Of a DNA stretch of 64,000 nucleotides, positions 46,371-56,366 are shown piece by piece. The notes below the pieces were generated by a model that was not told where the DNA came from, did no database searches, and saw nothing but the letters and a program-made list of their open reading frames with translations. Source of the DNA: Clostridia bacterium. GTDB taxonomy: Bacteria > Bacillota > Clostridia > Christensenellales > CAG-138. Every line of letters begins with the position of its first letter. The stretch's first letter is position 1. Position numbers and translations under genes: made by a program. The stretch spans positions 59,541-123,540 of the forward strand of contig JAFZYC010000045.1 in NCBI GenBank assembly GCA_017616435.1, read 5' to 3'.

Positions 46371-47654
46371 ATGAAAAACGTATTCACAAACAGGAACTAC
46401 AGGCTGGTGTTCTTCGGAGCGCTGGTATCGGAGCTCGGCGCGATACTTTACAGCTTCGCCGTGAGCTTCTACATACTCGAGATAAGCGACAACAACGCGC
46501 TGCTCCAGGGCGTGTACCTTGCCGTGTGCGGCGCGGTGCTGCTGCTCGCCACGCCGATAGGCGGCGTGCTGGGCGACCGCTTCAACAAGGCGCACATAAT
46601 GTTCATCTGCGACTACATAAAGGGCGGGCTGATACTCATCGCGACGCTCATGATGCTCCTCTTCCGTGGGAACACGGCGCATATCGTGATACTCTTCGCA
46701 GCGGGCATTTTGGGGAACGCCGTGAGCGGGATATTCTCCCCCGCGGCCGGCGCGCTGCTCCCCCATATAGTGGAGGATGAGCAGCTCCAGCAGGGCAATT
46801 CCTACTTCTCGATAAGGAGCTCGCTCCAAAGCATACTCGGAGTGGTGCTCGCCGGCGTGCTCTACGCGGCGCTCGACATAAAGGCGCTGTTCCTGATCGT
46901 CGGTCTGGCCTACGTCGCCTCCGGCGTTTCGGAGATGTTCATAAGGTACGAGCACAAACAGCCGGAGGAGCGTCTGACGCTCAAGGTCGCGCTCTCCGAT
47001 ATGGGCGACGGCCTGCGCTATCTCAAGTCGCAGAAGGCCATAATGGCAATGATGGGCGCGATCGTATTCATAAACTTCTTCATGTCCCCCATTTTCAACA
47101 ACTTCCTGCCCTATTTCGTGAAGACGGATATCGCCGGCGCCCCCTCCTACCTCTTTGAGCGCGTGCTCACGCCCGAGCTCTGGCTCTCCGTGATCGAAGT
47201 TCTGTTCGGCGTCAGCTCGCTCGTCGGCGCCGCGATACTGAGCACGAAGGCGCAGTCGGACAAGGTAGGCTTCAAGGTCGCGGTGAGGATCGCGCTGGAG
47301 GCGGCGATCATGGCGCTGGTCACCGTCGCCTACTGGATACTCGTGGCGGGCAACGTCTCGCTGAACGCGTTCCTCGTGTTCTTCTGCGTGACAGCGCTGC
47401 TCACGGGCTGCATAATAGTATTCGTCAACATCCCCATAAACACCGCGCTGATGCGGGTCGTCGAAAGGGATAAGCTGAGCAAGGTCTCCAGCATAATCAG
47501 CATCACCGCGCAGGGGCTGATGCCCATATCCTCCGTGCTCGCGGGGGCGGTGCTGCAGTACCTTGGCAGCACGGTGCTGCTGACGGTCTGCTCGCTGGGC
47601 TTCGCAGCGGCGGCAGCGGCAATGCTCTTCAACAAAAGGGTGCGCGAGATCTGA
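46371..47654 (+). CDS. MFS transporter
   Basis: The track start is 46284. ATG 46371 has an AAGGGAG RBS. About 427 aa with roughly 12 hydrophobic segments, and GGVLGDRFNK in loop 2-3. Confidence 0.8.
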   Translation: MKNVFTNRNYRLVFFGALVSELGAILYSFAVSFYILEISDNNALLQGVYLAVCGAVLLLATPIGGVLGDRFNKAHIMFICDYIKGGLILIATLMMLLFRGNTAHIVILFAAGILGNAVSGIFSPAAGALLPHIVEDEQLQQGNSYFSIRSSLQSILGVVLAGVLYAALDIKALFLIVGLAYVASGVSEMFIRYEHKQPEERLTLKVALSDMGDGLRYLKSQKAIMAMMGAIVFINFFMSPIFNNFLPYFVKTDIAGAPSYLFERVLTPELWLSVIEVLFGVSSLVGAAILSTKAQSDKVGFKVAVRIALEAAIMALVTVAYWILVAGNVSLNAFLVFFCVTALLTGCIIVFVNIPINTALMRVVERDKLSKVSSIISITAQGLMPISSVLAGAVLQYLGSTVLLTVCSLGFAAAAAAMLFNKRVREI

Positions 47655-47685
47655 TCCCTCGGGCGAAAACATTCTGCGCCGCACT

Positions 47686-47713
47686 TGAAAAACCGCTCCG
47701 GGTAGAGTACAAT
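47686..47713 (+). promoter_or_regulatory. Candidate guaA promoter
   Basis: TTGAAA (47686-47691), 16 nt spacer, TACAAT (47708-47713). Confidence 0.5.
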
Positions 47714-47748
47714 ACATGGGTATTATCACATACCCGAAAGGAACCCCA

Positions 47749-49269
47749 ATGGAACGCATCGTAATACTCGATTTCGGCGCCCAGTACAACCAGCTCATAG
47801 CGCGCAGAGTGCGTGAGCAGGGCGTGTATTCGGAGCTTCTTCCGCCCATGTCCCCTATCGAGAGGATAAAGGGCGAGGGGCTCTCCGGCGTCATACTCTC
47901 CGGCTCCCCCGACAGCGTATATGCCGAGGACGGCCGCAGATGCCTGCCCGAGGTATTCTCGCTCGGAGTGCCGGTATTGGGCATCTGCTACGGCATGCAG
48001 CTCATGACGCACATGCTGGGCGGCAAGGTCGAAAAGGCCCCCGTAAGGGAGTACGCCGGCGTCACCGCGCATTTTGAGGCATCTCCCCTGTTTGCGGATA
48101 TGCCCGATTCCACCGTGTGGATGAGCCATAACGATATGGTCACCCGCGTGCCGGAGGGCTTCTCCGTCATCGCCTCCACCGCGGACTGCCCCATCGCCGC
48201 CATGGAGAACGAGGCAAGGCGCCTTTACGCCGTGCAGTTCCATCCGGAGGTCGCGCATACCGAATACTGCGCAGCCTTTTTCCGCAACTTCGTGCACGGA
48301 ATATGCGGCTGTGAAGGCGGCTGGAGCCCCGAAGGCCTTATCGGCGAGCTCGTCGACGGCATACGTGCGCGGGTCGGCGACCGCCGCGTCGTAGCGGGGC
48401 TGTCGGGAGGCGTGGATTCCTCCGTCGCGGCGGCGCTCGTATCGAAGGCCGTAGGCGACCGCCTGACCTGCATATTCGTCGATCACGGTCTTTTGAGGAA
48501 GAACGAGGCGGAGGAGGTCATGCACTTCTACCGCGAAAACATGGGCCTCAATGTTATCGAGGTCGACGCGAAGGATTATTTCCTCGCGCGGCTCGCGGGG
48601 GTCACGGAGCCCGAGAACAAGCGCAAGATAATCGGCGAGAGCTTCGTCCGCGTGTTCGAGCGAGAGGCGAAGAAGATCGGCGGCGCCGAGCTGCTTCTGC
48701 AGGGCACCATCTACCTCGACGTCATAGAATCCGGCACAGGCGGCGCTTCCGTCATAAAGAGCCATCACAACGTGGGCGGCCTGCCCGAAAAGTTCGGCTT
48801 TGAGCTTTTGGAGCCCCTGCGCCCCTTCTTCAAGGACGAGGTCCGCGCGATAGGCGAAGCCCTGGGCATGCCGAAGGAGCTCGTCTGGCGCCAGCCCTTC
48901 CCCGGCCCCGGCCTCGGGATACGCGTGCTCGGCGATATAACCGATGAAAAGCTCGAAATACTGCGCGATTCCGACTGGATCCTCCGCGACGAGATAAAGA
49001 AGGCCGGCCTCGACCGCGAGATCTGGCAGTACTTTACCGTGTTCACGGGCATGCGCTCCGTAGGCGTCATGGGCGACAGCCGCACATACGATTACGCGAT
49101 AGGCGTCCGCGCCGTCGTCTCCACCGACGCCATGACCGTCGAGTTCGCCGAGATCCCCCATAAGATCCTCCGCAGGATCGCGAACCGCATAATCGCCGAA
49201 GTCCCCCACGTCAACCGCGTGGTCTACGATATCACGGATAAACCTCCGGGAACGATAGAATGGGAGTAA
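47749..49269 (+). CDS. guaA: GMP synthase (glutamine-hydrolysing), full length
   Basis: The track start is 47716. ATG 47749 gives MERIVILDFGAQY. GATase Cys in GICYGMQL. ATP-PPase P-loop SGGVDSS. C-terminus PPGTIEWE. Confidence 0.93.
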   Translation: MERIVILDFGAQYNQLIARRVREQGVYSELLPPMSPIERIKGEGLSGVILSGSPDSVYAEDGRRCLPEVFSLGVPVLGICYGMQLMTHMLGGKVEKAPVREYAGVTAHFEASPLFADMPDSTVWMSHNDMVTRVPEGFSVIASTADCPIAAMENEARRLYAVQFHPEVAHTEYCAAFFRNFVHGICGCEGGWSPEGLIGELVDGIRARVGDRRVVAGLSGGVDSSVAAALVSKAVGDRLTCIFVDHGLLRKNEAEEVMHFYRENMGLNVIEVDAKDYFLARLAGVTEPENKRKIIGESFVRVFEREAKKIGGAELLLQGTIYLDVIESGTGGASVIKSHHNVGGLPEKFGFELLEPLRPFFKDEVRAIGEALGMPKELVWRQPFPGPGLGIRVLGDITDEKLEILRDSDWILRDEIKKAGLDREIWQYFTVFTGMRSVGVMGDSRTYDYAIGVRAVVSTDAMTVEFAEIPHKILRRIANRIIAEVPHVNRVVYDITDKPPGTIEWE

Positions 49270-49447
49270 AATCGCATATTTTTCCAGTATTTACGGGGAC
49301 TTTTGGACGAAGCCAAGAGTCCCCGCATCTGCCTGCGCGGAGTGCGGCTCATTGCCCCGCCTCCCGGAGAGGACGAGGAGAAAAAAGAATGCAGGGCTGC
49401 GCCGAAAGGCGCAGCCCCCTGCAATGAAAGGATGTTCGGCCTTTGCC

Positions 49448-49478
49448 GCCTCCATACGGGGGAGGCATTCTTCTTTTT
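49448..49478 (+). terminator. Probable guaA terminator, about 180 nt after the stop
   Basis: Arms gcctcc (49448-49453) and ggaggc (49461-49466), followed by attcttcttttt. Confidence 0.45.
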
Positions 49479-49628
49479 GGTGTTGTTGAAACACAGGCGC
49501 GGATATGGTAAACTTATCGCGATAAAACGGCAAGGGAGCATAACGGAGTGCCGAAAAGAAAAGGACACCGGTATGGCGGCTACACCTTGAAAAAGCTGTC
49601 AGAGGACTGATCGGAAAGGAGCACGGCT

Positions 49629-50327
49629 TTGAACGCGAGATTGCTGGGACTTTTCAGCGGATTCCCGACGCATCATTTTACCGATGCGATAACGGACGTG
49701 CTGCGGGAAGACCTTCCCCGGCGGGAAAGCCTGATCTTTATCAGCGCATGGCCGGACGACTGTTCGCGCAATGACGCCGACAGCGACGGCATGCACGAAA
49801 TGTTCGCCGAGCGCGGCATGGGATTTGTCCGGCACAGCGTGATCGACCGGAGGACCGGCTCCGCCGACGCGGCGCGGCAGATCCGGGAGGCGGACTGCGT
49901 TTTCCTGATGGGCGGAGATCCACCCTCGCAGATGGCGCTTATCCGCGAGCTCGGGCTCGTTCCCGCGCTTCTTGCCTGCCGCGCGGTGATACTCGGCATC
50001 AGCGCGGGCTCCATGAACATGGGCCGTTACGCAGCCGACTGTTGGGAAACGAAGGAGCTTTACGAGGGGATCGGCCTTGTCGATATCGTCACGAAGGGAC
50101 ATTATGAGAACGACGCATGGTTTGTTCCCGTAATAAAGGAAATATCCATGACGCGCCCCGTCATAGCCATGGAGGACGAAAGCGCGATATTTATCCGTGA
50201 AACCGCCGTTTGGCAGCTTGGGAACAACCATCTGGTCGACAGGGGCGTGATCGCAAGGCTTACGGACGACAAACTCAGGGATATCGCACAACTCGATGAT
50301 CTGCGCAGTCGGAATACGACTGCTTAA
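49629..50327 (+). CDS. Peptidase S51 / class I glutamine-amidotransferase-like protein (dipeptidase E-like)
   Basis: 232 aa with a TTG start. Nucleophile elbow ILGISAGSMNMG, and FLMGGDP upstream of it. Confidence 0.6.
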   Translation: MNARLLGLFSGFPTHHFTDAITDVLREDLPRRESLIFISAWPDDCSRNDADSDGMHEMFAERGMGFVRHSVIDRRTGSADAARQIREADCVFLMGGDPPSQMALIRELGLVPALLACRAVILGISAGSMNMGRYAADCWETKELYEGIGLVDIVTKGHYENDAWFVPVIKEISMTRPVIAMEDESAIFIRETAVWQLGNNHLVDRGVIARLTDDKLRDIAQLDDLRSRNTTA

Positions 50328-50339
50328 CGGAGTTTTGAA

Positions 50340-51710
50340 ATGAAAAAGATAATAGCTGCAATAATGATGGTACTGATGCTGCTTTCTATGGCGTCGGCCT
50401 GCACGCATAGTCCAACGGACGGCGGAGCGGAGGCGGCGAACACCGCGGAAGCGACGCAGAGCCTGACCGCGGAGCCCACGCAGGCGCCAACAGCGGAGCC
50501 GACCGCGACTCCCGCGCCGACGGAGGACCCTCTTCCCGCCGCGGCGCTCGCGCTCGCGGAGGAGCACGGGCTTACCGAAGAGGATATCCGCGGCGAGTAT
50601 GAGCTGTTCCTGATGTTCAGCGAGACCGTCGAGGGCAACCCGGCTCTCGGCAAGTACAGGGAATTCATGTATCTCATCTTCCCGGTCGTCGCGGACGCTT
50701 CGGCCTATATGGATCTCGATCACTTTTTCAGCATGCTCGAGGGGCTCAGCTTCTGCGAGTGCGTGCTGGAGACCGGCATCGCGGGCAGGTACACCGTCGG
50801 AACAAACGTGGTGGAGATCAACACGGAGATCGATCCCTACGACTCCTATCACGTTCCGGAGGTAGTGTTCCACGAGCTGATGCATTTCGTGGACTTCAAC
50901 GCGGACGACGAGATCCCCGCTATATACGTGCTGGACGGCAGGCGGCTCAATGTTTTTGAGTTTGATGAACTGCCCCCGGAAGATCAGGAAAGGGCCGTGC
51001 CCTGCTTCGAACCGGACGTCGTCATAGAGGGCGGCGCGGAGTATTTCACCGCCAAGTATTTTGCCGGGGCGGAGCGCGCGTATTTCATCCCCGCCCAGTT
51101 CCTCGCGGGAGTCGAATACATATTCGGTGAGGAAAAGATAGATGAGCTATTCTTCAGCGGAGAATCCGGCGCGGTGCTGGCGGAGCTCTTCGTTGAGGCG
51201 GGCTATTCCAAAGAAAAGTTCGCGAACGCCAACCAAACGCTGAGTTTTCTGACAAACTCGGCTGAACACGGCGTGCCCGAGGTCTATATCGCGCCGGAGG
51301 ATATGCTGATCGACTTATATGAGTCTGAGCTCGGCGACGGCTGGCAGACCGACGAAGGCTTTCTTTACATACTGAAGGCCATAAACGGCGTCTGCGGCGG
51401 GGAATACCGGCACAGCGAACGCAAGGATTTCCTGCGCGGCATCGAGTTTAGGACTTGGACACAGTATGATGCTTTTACCGAAAAGCTTTACGGGGAGCTC
51501 CCGTTCGAGCCGGATCTTAGGTATCTGCCGCCAACTCCGCTCATGCGAGGCGGCCGCCTGCTGCTCGGCGCGTTCGCGGAATGGACGGATCCCGAAACGC
51601 AGGAGCATGTCCGCGGAACTGTGACCGTGGACTACGATTTTGAAGCGGAAACCATGCTCGGCTATGAAACTATCGATCTCGACACGCTGACGAGCCGCTA
51701 TTTCGGCTGA
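50340..51710 (+). CDS. Putative lipoprotein with a PT-rich linker and an HExxH zinc-metalloprotease motif
   Basis: 456 aa. Signal LSMASAC|THSP and linker AEPTQAPTAEPTATPAPTEDP. HExxH motif: VVFHELMHFVD. Confidence 0.6.
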   Translation: MKKIIAAIMMVLMLLSMASACTHSPTDGGAEAANTAEATQSLTAEPTQAPTAEPTATPAPTEDPLPAAALALAEEHGLTEEDIRGEYELFLMFSETVEGNPALGKYREFMYLIFPVVADASAYMDLDHFFSMLEGLSFCECVLETGIAGRYTVGTNVVEINTEIDPYDSYHVPEVVFHELMHFVDFNADDEIPAIYVLDGRRLNVFEFDELPPEDQERAVPCFEPDVVIEGGAEYFTAKYFAGAERAYFIPAQFLAGVEYIFGEEKIDELFFSGESGAVLAELFVEAGYSKEKFANANQTLSFLTNSAEHGVPEVYIAPEDMLIDLYESELGDGWQTDEGFLYILKAINGVCGGEYRHSERKDFLRGIEFRTWTQYDAFTEKLYGELPFEPDLRYLPPTPLMRGGRLLLGAFAEWTDPETQEHVRGTVTVDYDFEAETMLGYETIDLDTLTSRYFG

Positions 51711-51803
51711 GACGCGGGACCGCGATCCGCCGCAGGCATGGCAGCCCGCGTAAAGCATTTTATCGGCAAACCGTTATAAATACCAAAAGCCTGGGAGAAC
51801 GCT

Positions 51804-52856
51804 ATGAGCAGCATCAAGAACGCGCCGGTCGATCGGGAGATCGCGGAGATTTTTTCGAGATTCTTCGACGGGGAACCCGCCGAGGCGGACGTCATAGACA
51901 CGAGCAGAGAGGAAGACGACTTCCGCAACACCGTTATAATAACCACACGCGGCGGAGAAAAGTACGTGCTGAAGTTCGCGGCGAACGATTTCACGTTCCC
52001 CGAAAAGATCCGCATGTGGCAGAGGACGGTCGAGGAATACCGCGCTTTGGGCTACTACTGCCCGCGCATATTCGCCGACAGGAACGGCGAGTTCCCGTCC
52101 GTTTCCCGCATGGGCCGCGAATGCTTCGTATTTGCCGAGGAGTTCTCCATATACAGGCCGCTTGAGGACAGGGCCTCCTGCGAGGAGGACGCGCCGGAGG
52201 CCGACAGCAGCGCGTATTTCGACGACATGTGGGCGATGACGGCGAAGATCGCGGCAAAGCGCTTCGACTACACGGAGTATCCCTCCGCCTACTGTCTTTT
52301 CGAGACGTTCTGTCCGAGCGACGAGGTCGACGAGGTGCTGGAGAACGCTTTGGAATGGAAGAAGACCGCCGACGCGCTCCCCTCCGAGTTCGCGCCTCAG
52401 GTCCAGAGGATATGGCGGCTCTGGTGCGAGAACAGGGAGGCGCTCAAAGCGGTCTACGATAAGCTGCCGGCCTCCGTATTCCAGGCGGACCTCAACTCCA
52501 CGAACCTGCTCATCGGCGACGACGGGAAGTTCAAGGGCGTGTACGACTTCAACCTAAGCGGCAAGGACGTGTTTTTGAACTATCTCATGCGGGAGAACAC
52601 CGTCGACACGATCCCGAAGGCGCTGCTTGCGGCAAGCAGGTATTACGAGTTCACCGAGGAGGAGAAGGCCGCCGCGCTGCCGATGCTCCGCTGCCTTAAG
52701 GCCCTTTGGTACAGCAGGGTGAGAGAGCTCAAAAAAGCCGGGGACGACCCGGAGAAGATACGCGGGTGCCTCGACTTCTCGGAGAAGCTGCTGACCGAGG
52801 AAAAAGATCTCGCCGGCTTTATGGAGCGGCCCGAAGAAAGCGGGACTGGAGCATGA
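51804..52856 (+). CDS. Phosphotransferase-family (APH/choline-kinase-like) protein
   Basis: 350 aa. Catalytic-loop-like FQADLNSTNLLI (Gln in place of the usual His) and VYDFNLSG. Confidence 0.6.
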   Translation: MSSIKNAPVDREIAEIFSRFFDGEPAEADVIDTSREEDDFRNTVIITTRGGEKYVLKFAANDFTFPEKIRMWQRTVEEYRALGYYCPRIFADRNGEFPSVSRMGRECFVFAEEFSIYRPLEDRASCEEDAPEADSSAYFDDMWAMTAKIAAKRFDYTEYPSAYCLFETFCPSDEVDEVLENALEWKKTADALPSEFAPQVQRIWRLWCENREALKAVYDKLPASVFQADLNSTNLLIGDDGKFKGVYDFNLSGKDVFLNYLMRENTVDTIPKALLAASRYYEFTEEEKAAALPMLRCLKALWYSRVRELKKAGDDPEKIRGCLDFSEKLLTEEKDLAGFMERPEESGTGA

Positions 52857-53506
52857 TGCTAAAAAACGCCTATTTCATAACGGGGAACGCCTACGCCGGG
52901 AAATCGACGATGATAAAGCTGCTCGCCGAAAAATACGGCGGGATACTCTGCGGGGAGAACTGGCACGACGCCTGGCCCGAGAGGCTGGATAAAGACGAGT
53001 TCCCGGGGCTTTGTTACACGCGCGACCTTGTTGACTGGCACGATTTTATAAGGCGCACTCCGGAGGAGTACCTTGCCTGGATCGAGCAGGTGCAGAAGGA
53101 ATGCGAGATACTGGAGCTCAGGATGCTCCCCGCGCTCTGCGAAGAGGGCCGGCCGGTGTTCGTCGACACCAACATCCGCACTGAGACGCTTAAAAGGATC
53201 GCGGATCCCGGGCACGTGCTCGTTATGCTTGCGGAGCCCGAGGTCTCCGTAAGGCGGTTTTTCGAGCGTGAGGACGCGGAAAAGCAGTTCCTCTACCGCC
53301 TTATAATGGAGGAGTCCGACCCCGCCGCCGCGATGGAGAACTACCGCCGCGGGCTCGCGCTGATCAACTCGCGGGAGAAGTACGACGAGCTGCTTCATTC
53401 CGGGTTCGCCGTGATAAAAAGGGACGACTCACGGAGCGAAAAGGAAACGCTCGCGCTGGTCGAGGAGGCTTTCGGGCTTAACTCCGCCGGGCGCGGCCGA
53501 TGTTGA
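52853..53506 (+). CDS. P-loop NTPase/kinase-like protein
   Basis: The track start is 52706. ATG 52853 overlaps the upstream stop (ATGA). Walker A GNAYAGKST. 217 aa. Confidence 0.6.
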   Translation: MMLKNAYFITGNAYAGKSTMIKLLAEKYGGILCGENWHDAWPERLDKDEFPGLCYTRDLVDWHDFIRRTPEEYLAWIEQVQKECEILELRMLPALCEEGRPVFVDTNIRTETLKRIADPGHVLVMLAEPEVSVRRFFEREDAEKQFLYRLIMEESDPAAAMENYRRGLALINSREKYDELLHSGFAVIKRDDSRSEKETLALVEEAFGLNSAGRGRC

Positions 53507-53573
53507 CCGTGCGGCCTTCGCGGGTTATAATCGATAAGAAAACAATGTTATTATTATAGTTTTGGAGGACGAT

Positions 53574-55268
53574 ATGGAAAAGTTCAAAGACCTGGTCTAC
53601 ACAAGGCCCGACGTAAAGCAGATCAACGGGGAGTTCTCGCGCCTGCTGAAGGAGTTCAAGGCCGCGAAGAGCGCCGAGGAAGCGGACAAAGCGTTCCTCG
53701 GCTGGATGAAGATACTCGAAAAGAACTCCACGCTCTTTACTATCGCATCCATCCGCAACACGATGAACATGAAGGACGAGTTCTACGACAAGGAGATCAA
53801 GTTCTGCAACCGGACCATGCCACGGCTCATGCTGAAAATGAAGACCGCGGGCAAGGCGATGCTGAAGAGCCCCTTCCGCCCCCAGCTGGAGGAGAAGTAC
53901 GGAAAGCACTATTTCAAATCCATCGAGATCGAGATGGACCTCTTCAAGCCCGCGATCGTATTGGATTCCATTCGCGAATCGAATCTCGGCACGGAGTATT
54001 CGAAGACCGCCGCGGGCTGCTCCGTGGAGTTCATGGGCGAGACCTGCAATTTCTACGGCCTGCTCCGCCACATGCAGTCCACCGACCGCGCGGAGAGGAA
54101 GGCGGCGTTCGAGGCCTGGGCGAAGCTCTACGAGGGCATATCCGGAAAGCTCGACGAGCAGTATGACAAGCTTGTCAAAACGCGCTGCAGTATGGCAAAA
54201 AAGCTCGGCTTCAAGAGCTATATCGACTACATCTACCTTTCGAGGGGGCGCTACGATTACGGTCCCAAGGAGGTGGAGGCCTTCCGCGAGGCGGTGAGGA
54301 CATACATCACCCCGCTCTGCGAAAAGATGTACAAGGCGCAGGCGGAAAGGCTCGGGCTCGACAGGCTCGAATGGTATGACGAGGGCCTCGTTTTCCCGGA
54401 CGGCAACGCGAATCCCATAGGCACGCCTAAGGAGCTTGCGGAAAAGGCGCTCCGCATGTATGAGGAGATGTCCCCCGAAACGGGCGAGTATTTCAACTTC
54501 ATGGTCGATCACGAGCTGTTCGATCTCGAAACGCGCGAGAACAAGCACCTCGGCGGCTACTGCACGTTCCTGCCGGATGAAAAGGCGCCGTTCATATTCT
54601 CCAACTTCAACGGCACTTCCGCGGACGTCGACGTGCTCACGCACGAGGCTGGCCACGCATTCGAGGCTTATTATTCCTCCCGCCGCCAGCCCATCGCGCC
54701 GCTGACCGCTTCCACGAGCGAGATCAACGAGATCCATTCGATGAGCATGGAGTATTTCGCATACCCGTATCTCGAGCGCTTCTTCGGCGAGAACACGGAC
54801 AAATACCGCTTCGCGCATTTCTGCAGCTCGATAAAGGCCATCCCCTACCTCGTCTCCGTTGACGAGTTCCAGCACAGGGTATTCGAGAACCCCCGTGCGA
54901 CTGCCGCAGAAAGGCGCGGCTTCTGGCGCGAGATCGAGAAGAAGTACATGCCCTGGCGGCACTACGACGGCAACGAGTTCCTTGAGGGCGGAGGCTTCTG
55001 GATGCAGAAACAGCATGTGTTCCTCTACCCCTTCTATTACGTCGATTACGCAATGGCGGGGCTCGACGCGCTCTCCCTCTATAAGATGCAGGTCGAGGGC
55101 GGCGACGCCTGGGGCAGCTACATAAAGCTCTGCTCTATGGGCGGCCGCTACGGCTATTTCGAAACGCTCGAGCGCGCGGGGATCCCCATTCCCTTGGGCG
55201 CCGATACGGTCCGGTCGCTCGCCGAGTTCGCCGAGCGCCGCGCCGCGGAGCTTGAAGCGAAGCTCTGA
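53574..55268 (+). CDS. Oligoendopeptidase F family (M3B), second paralogue
   Basis: The track start TTG 53562 is unlikely. ATG 53574 has GGAGG 5 nt upstream. HExxH motif: THEAGHAFE. Confidence 0.85.
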   Translation: MEKFKDLVYTRPDVKQINGEFSRLLKEFKAAKSAEEADKAFLGWMKILEKNSTLFTIASIRNTMNMKDEFYDKEIKFCNRTMPRLMLKMKTAGKAMLKSPFRPQLEEKYGKHYFKSIEIEMDLFKPAIVLDSIRESNLGTEYSKTAAGCSVEFMGETCNFYGLLRHMQSTDRAERKAAFEAWAKLYEGISGKLDEQYDKLVKTRCSMAKKLGFKSYIDYIYLSRGRYDYGPKEVEAFREAVRTYITPLCEKMYKAQAERLGLDRLEWYDEGLVFPDGNANPIGTPKELAEKALRMYEEMSPETGEYFNFMVDHELFDLETRENKHLGGYCTFLPDEKAPFIFSNFNGTSADVDVLTHEAGHAFEAYYSSRRQPIAPLTASTSEINEIHSMSMEYFAYPYLERFFGENTDKYRFAHFCSSIKAIPYLVSVDEFQHRVFENPRATAAERRGFWREIEKKYMPWRHYDGNEFLEGGGFWMQKQHVFLYPFYYVDYAMAGLDALSLYKMQVEGGDAWGSYIKLCSMGGRYGYFETLERAGIPIPLGADTVRSLAEFAERRAAELEAKL

Positions 55269-55292
55269 AAAACACGGCCCAGAGGTGTCGCG

Positions 55293-55739
55293 ATGATAGA
55301 GCTCAAACCCATTAACGAGGACAATTTCATCGACGCATTTAATTTGAAGCTTGCCCCGGGGCAGGAGGCTTTCGTTTCGCACCCGATACGGAGCCTTGCG
55401 CAGGCCTACGTTTACAGGGATCAATGCCGGCCCTTCGGCATATATGCGGACGGGAAGATGGTAGGCTACGTAATGGTGATCTACGACTATGATATCCCCG
55501 AGTACGATATCTGGCACATGATGATCGACGGATCCGTGCAGGGACGCGGCTTCGGCGGCCGAGCGCTCGATCTCGTGCTCGATTATATCAGGACAAAGCC
55601 CTTCGGCGATTCCTCAAGGGTCGCGCTGACCTGCAATAAGGACAACGGTTTCGCGAGAAAGCTTTATGAAAGCAGGGGCTTTGCCGCGACGGGCGTCTGT
55701 GATGAGGATGAGATCGAGCTGGCGCTGACGATCGGATAG
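55293..55739 (+). CDS. GNAT-family N-acetyltransferase
   Basis: 148 aa. Acetyl-CoA motif QGRGFGGRAL. Confidence 0.75.
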   Translation: MIELKPINEDNFIDAFNLKLAPGQEAFVSHPIRSLAQAYVYRDQCRPFGIYADGKMVGYVMVIYDYDIPEYDIWHMMIDGSVQGRGFGGRALDLVLDYIRTKPFGDSSRVALTCNKDNGFARKLYESRGFAATGVCDEDEIELALTIG

Positions 55740-55801
55740 CGTGTTTTGACGCGGAGAGCGTTGGAAAAACGGCATAACCATCCCGAAAGGAGAGCGGTCA
55801 A

Positions 55802-56311
55802 ATGAATCTAATAATCTACTATTCGAGAAAAGGGCAAAACTATTTCGGCGGAGCGATCCGCAGTATCGAAAAGGGCAACACGGAGATCTGCGCCGAATAC
55901 ATCCAGAAGGCGGTAGGTGGCGATCTGTTTGAGGTCGACACCGTAAAGCCTTATTCCGAGGACTACATGACCTGCACCGAGGAGGCGAAGGCGGAGCTCC
56001 GCGCAAACGCGAGGCCGGAGCTTAAGAGGATGCTGACCGATATCGGCAGGTACGACAATATCTTCGTCTGCGGTCCCTGCTGGTGGGGCACCTATCCATG
56101 CGCGGTGTTCACACAGCTCGAGGAGCTCGACTTCACCGGCAAGCGCGTCTTCCCGCTCATGACCCACGAGGGCAGCGGCCTTGCGGGTGCTCCGGCTGCG
56201 CTGAAAAAATACTGCAAAGGCGCGGTCGTCGGACAGGGCCTTGCCGTGCTCGGCTCGAACGCGAAAAGCTCCGAAAAGGCTGTCGCCGACTGGGCAATGT
56301 CCGTACTGTGA
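55802..56311 (+). CDS. Flavodoxin-like protein
   Basis: 169 aa. N-terminus MNLIIYYSRKGQNY, then FVCGPCWWGTYP. Confidence 0.7.
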   Translation: MNLIIYYSRKGQNYFGGAIRSIEKGNTEICAEYIQKAVGGDLFEVDTVKPYSEDYMTCTEEAKAELRANARPELKRMLTDIGRYDNIFVCGPCWWGTYPCAVFTQLEELDFTGKRVFPLMTHEGSGLAGAPAALKKYCKGAVVGQGLAVLGSNAKSSEKAVADWAMSVL

Positions 56312-56366
56312 CGCGGCATAAACGGGTAAAACAAAAACCGTCGGTCTTAGGGAAAGCGAGCGTCGA

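Noticed and set aside
46335-49209. Minus-strand ORFs 46335-47984 (549 aa) and 47629-49209 (526 aa)
   Set aside because: They are antisense shadows of the MFS transporter and guaA genes, with no motifs and extreme Arg/His/Gly content.
49303-49590. 95-aa plus-strand ORF in the guaA downstream region
   Set aside because: It has no RBS, spans three hairpins including a terminator-like one, and its composition is atypical. I treated the region as non-coding structured RNA/DNA instead.
49599-50885. 428-aa minus-strand ORF spanning two plus-strand genes
   Set aside because: It crosses the intergenic gap between the S51-like and lipoprotein genes and is Arg-rich. The plus-strand genes have an RBS, a signal peptide and catalytic motifs.
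40883-55268. Two M3B oligoendopeptidase genes as a possible segmental duplication
   Set aside because: The proteins are strongly diverged (different N-termini, and only family motifs are shared) and their flanks are unrelated. This is ordinary ancient paralogy.
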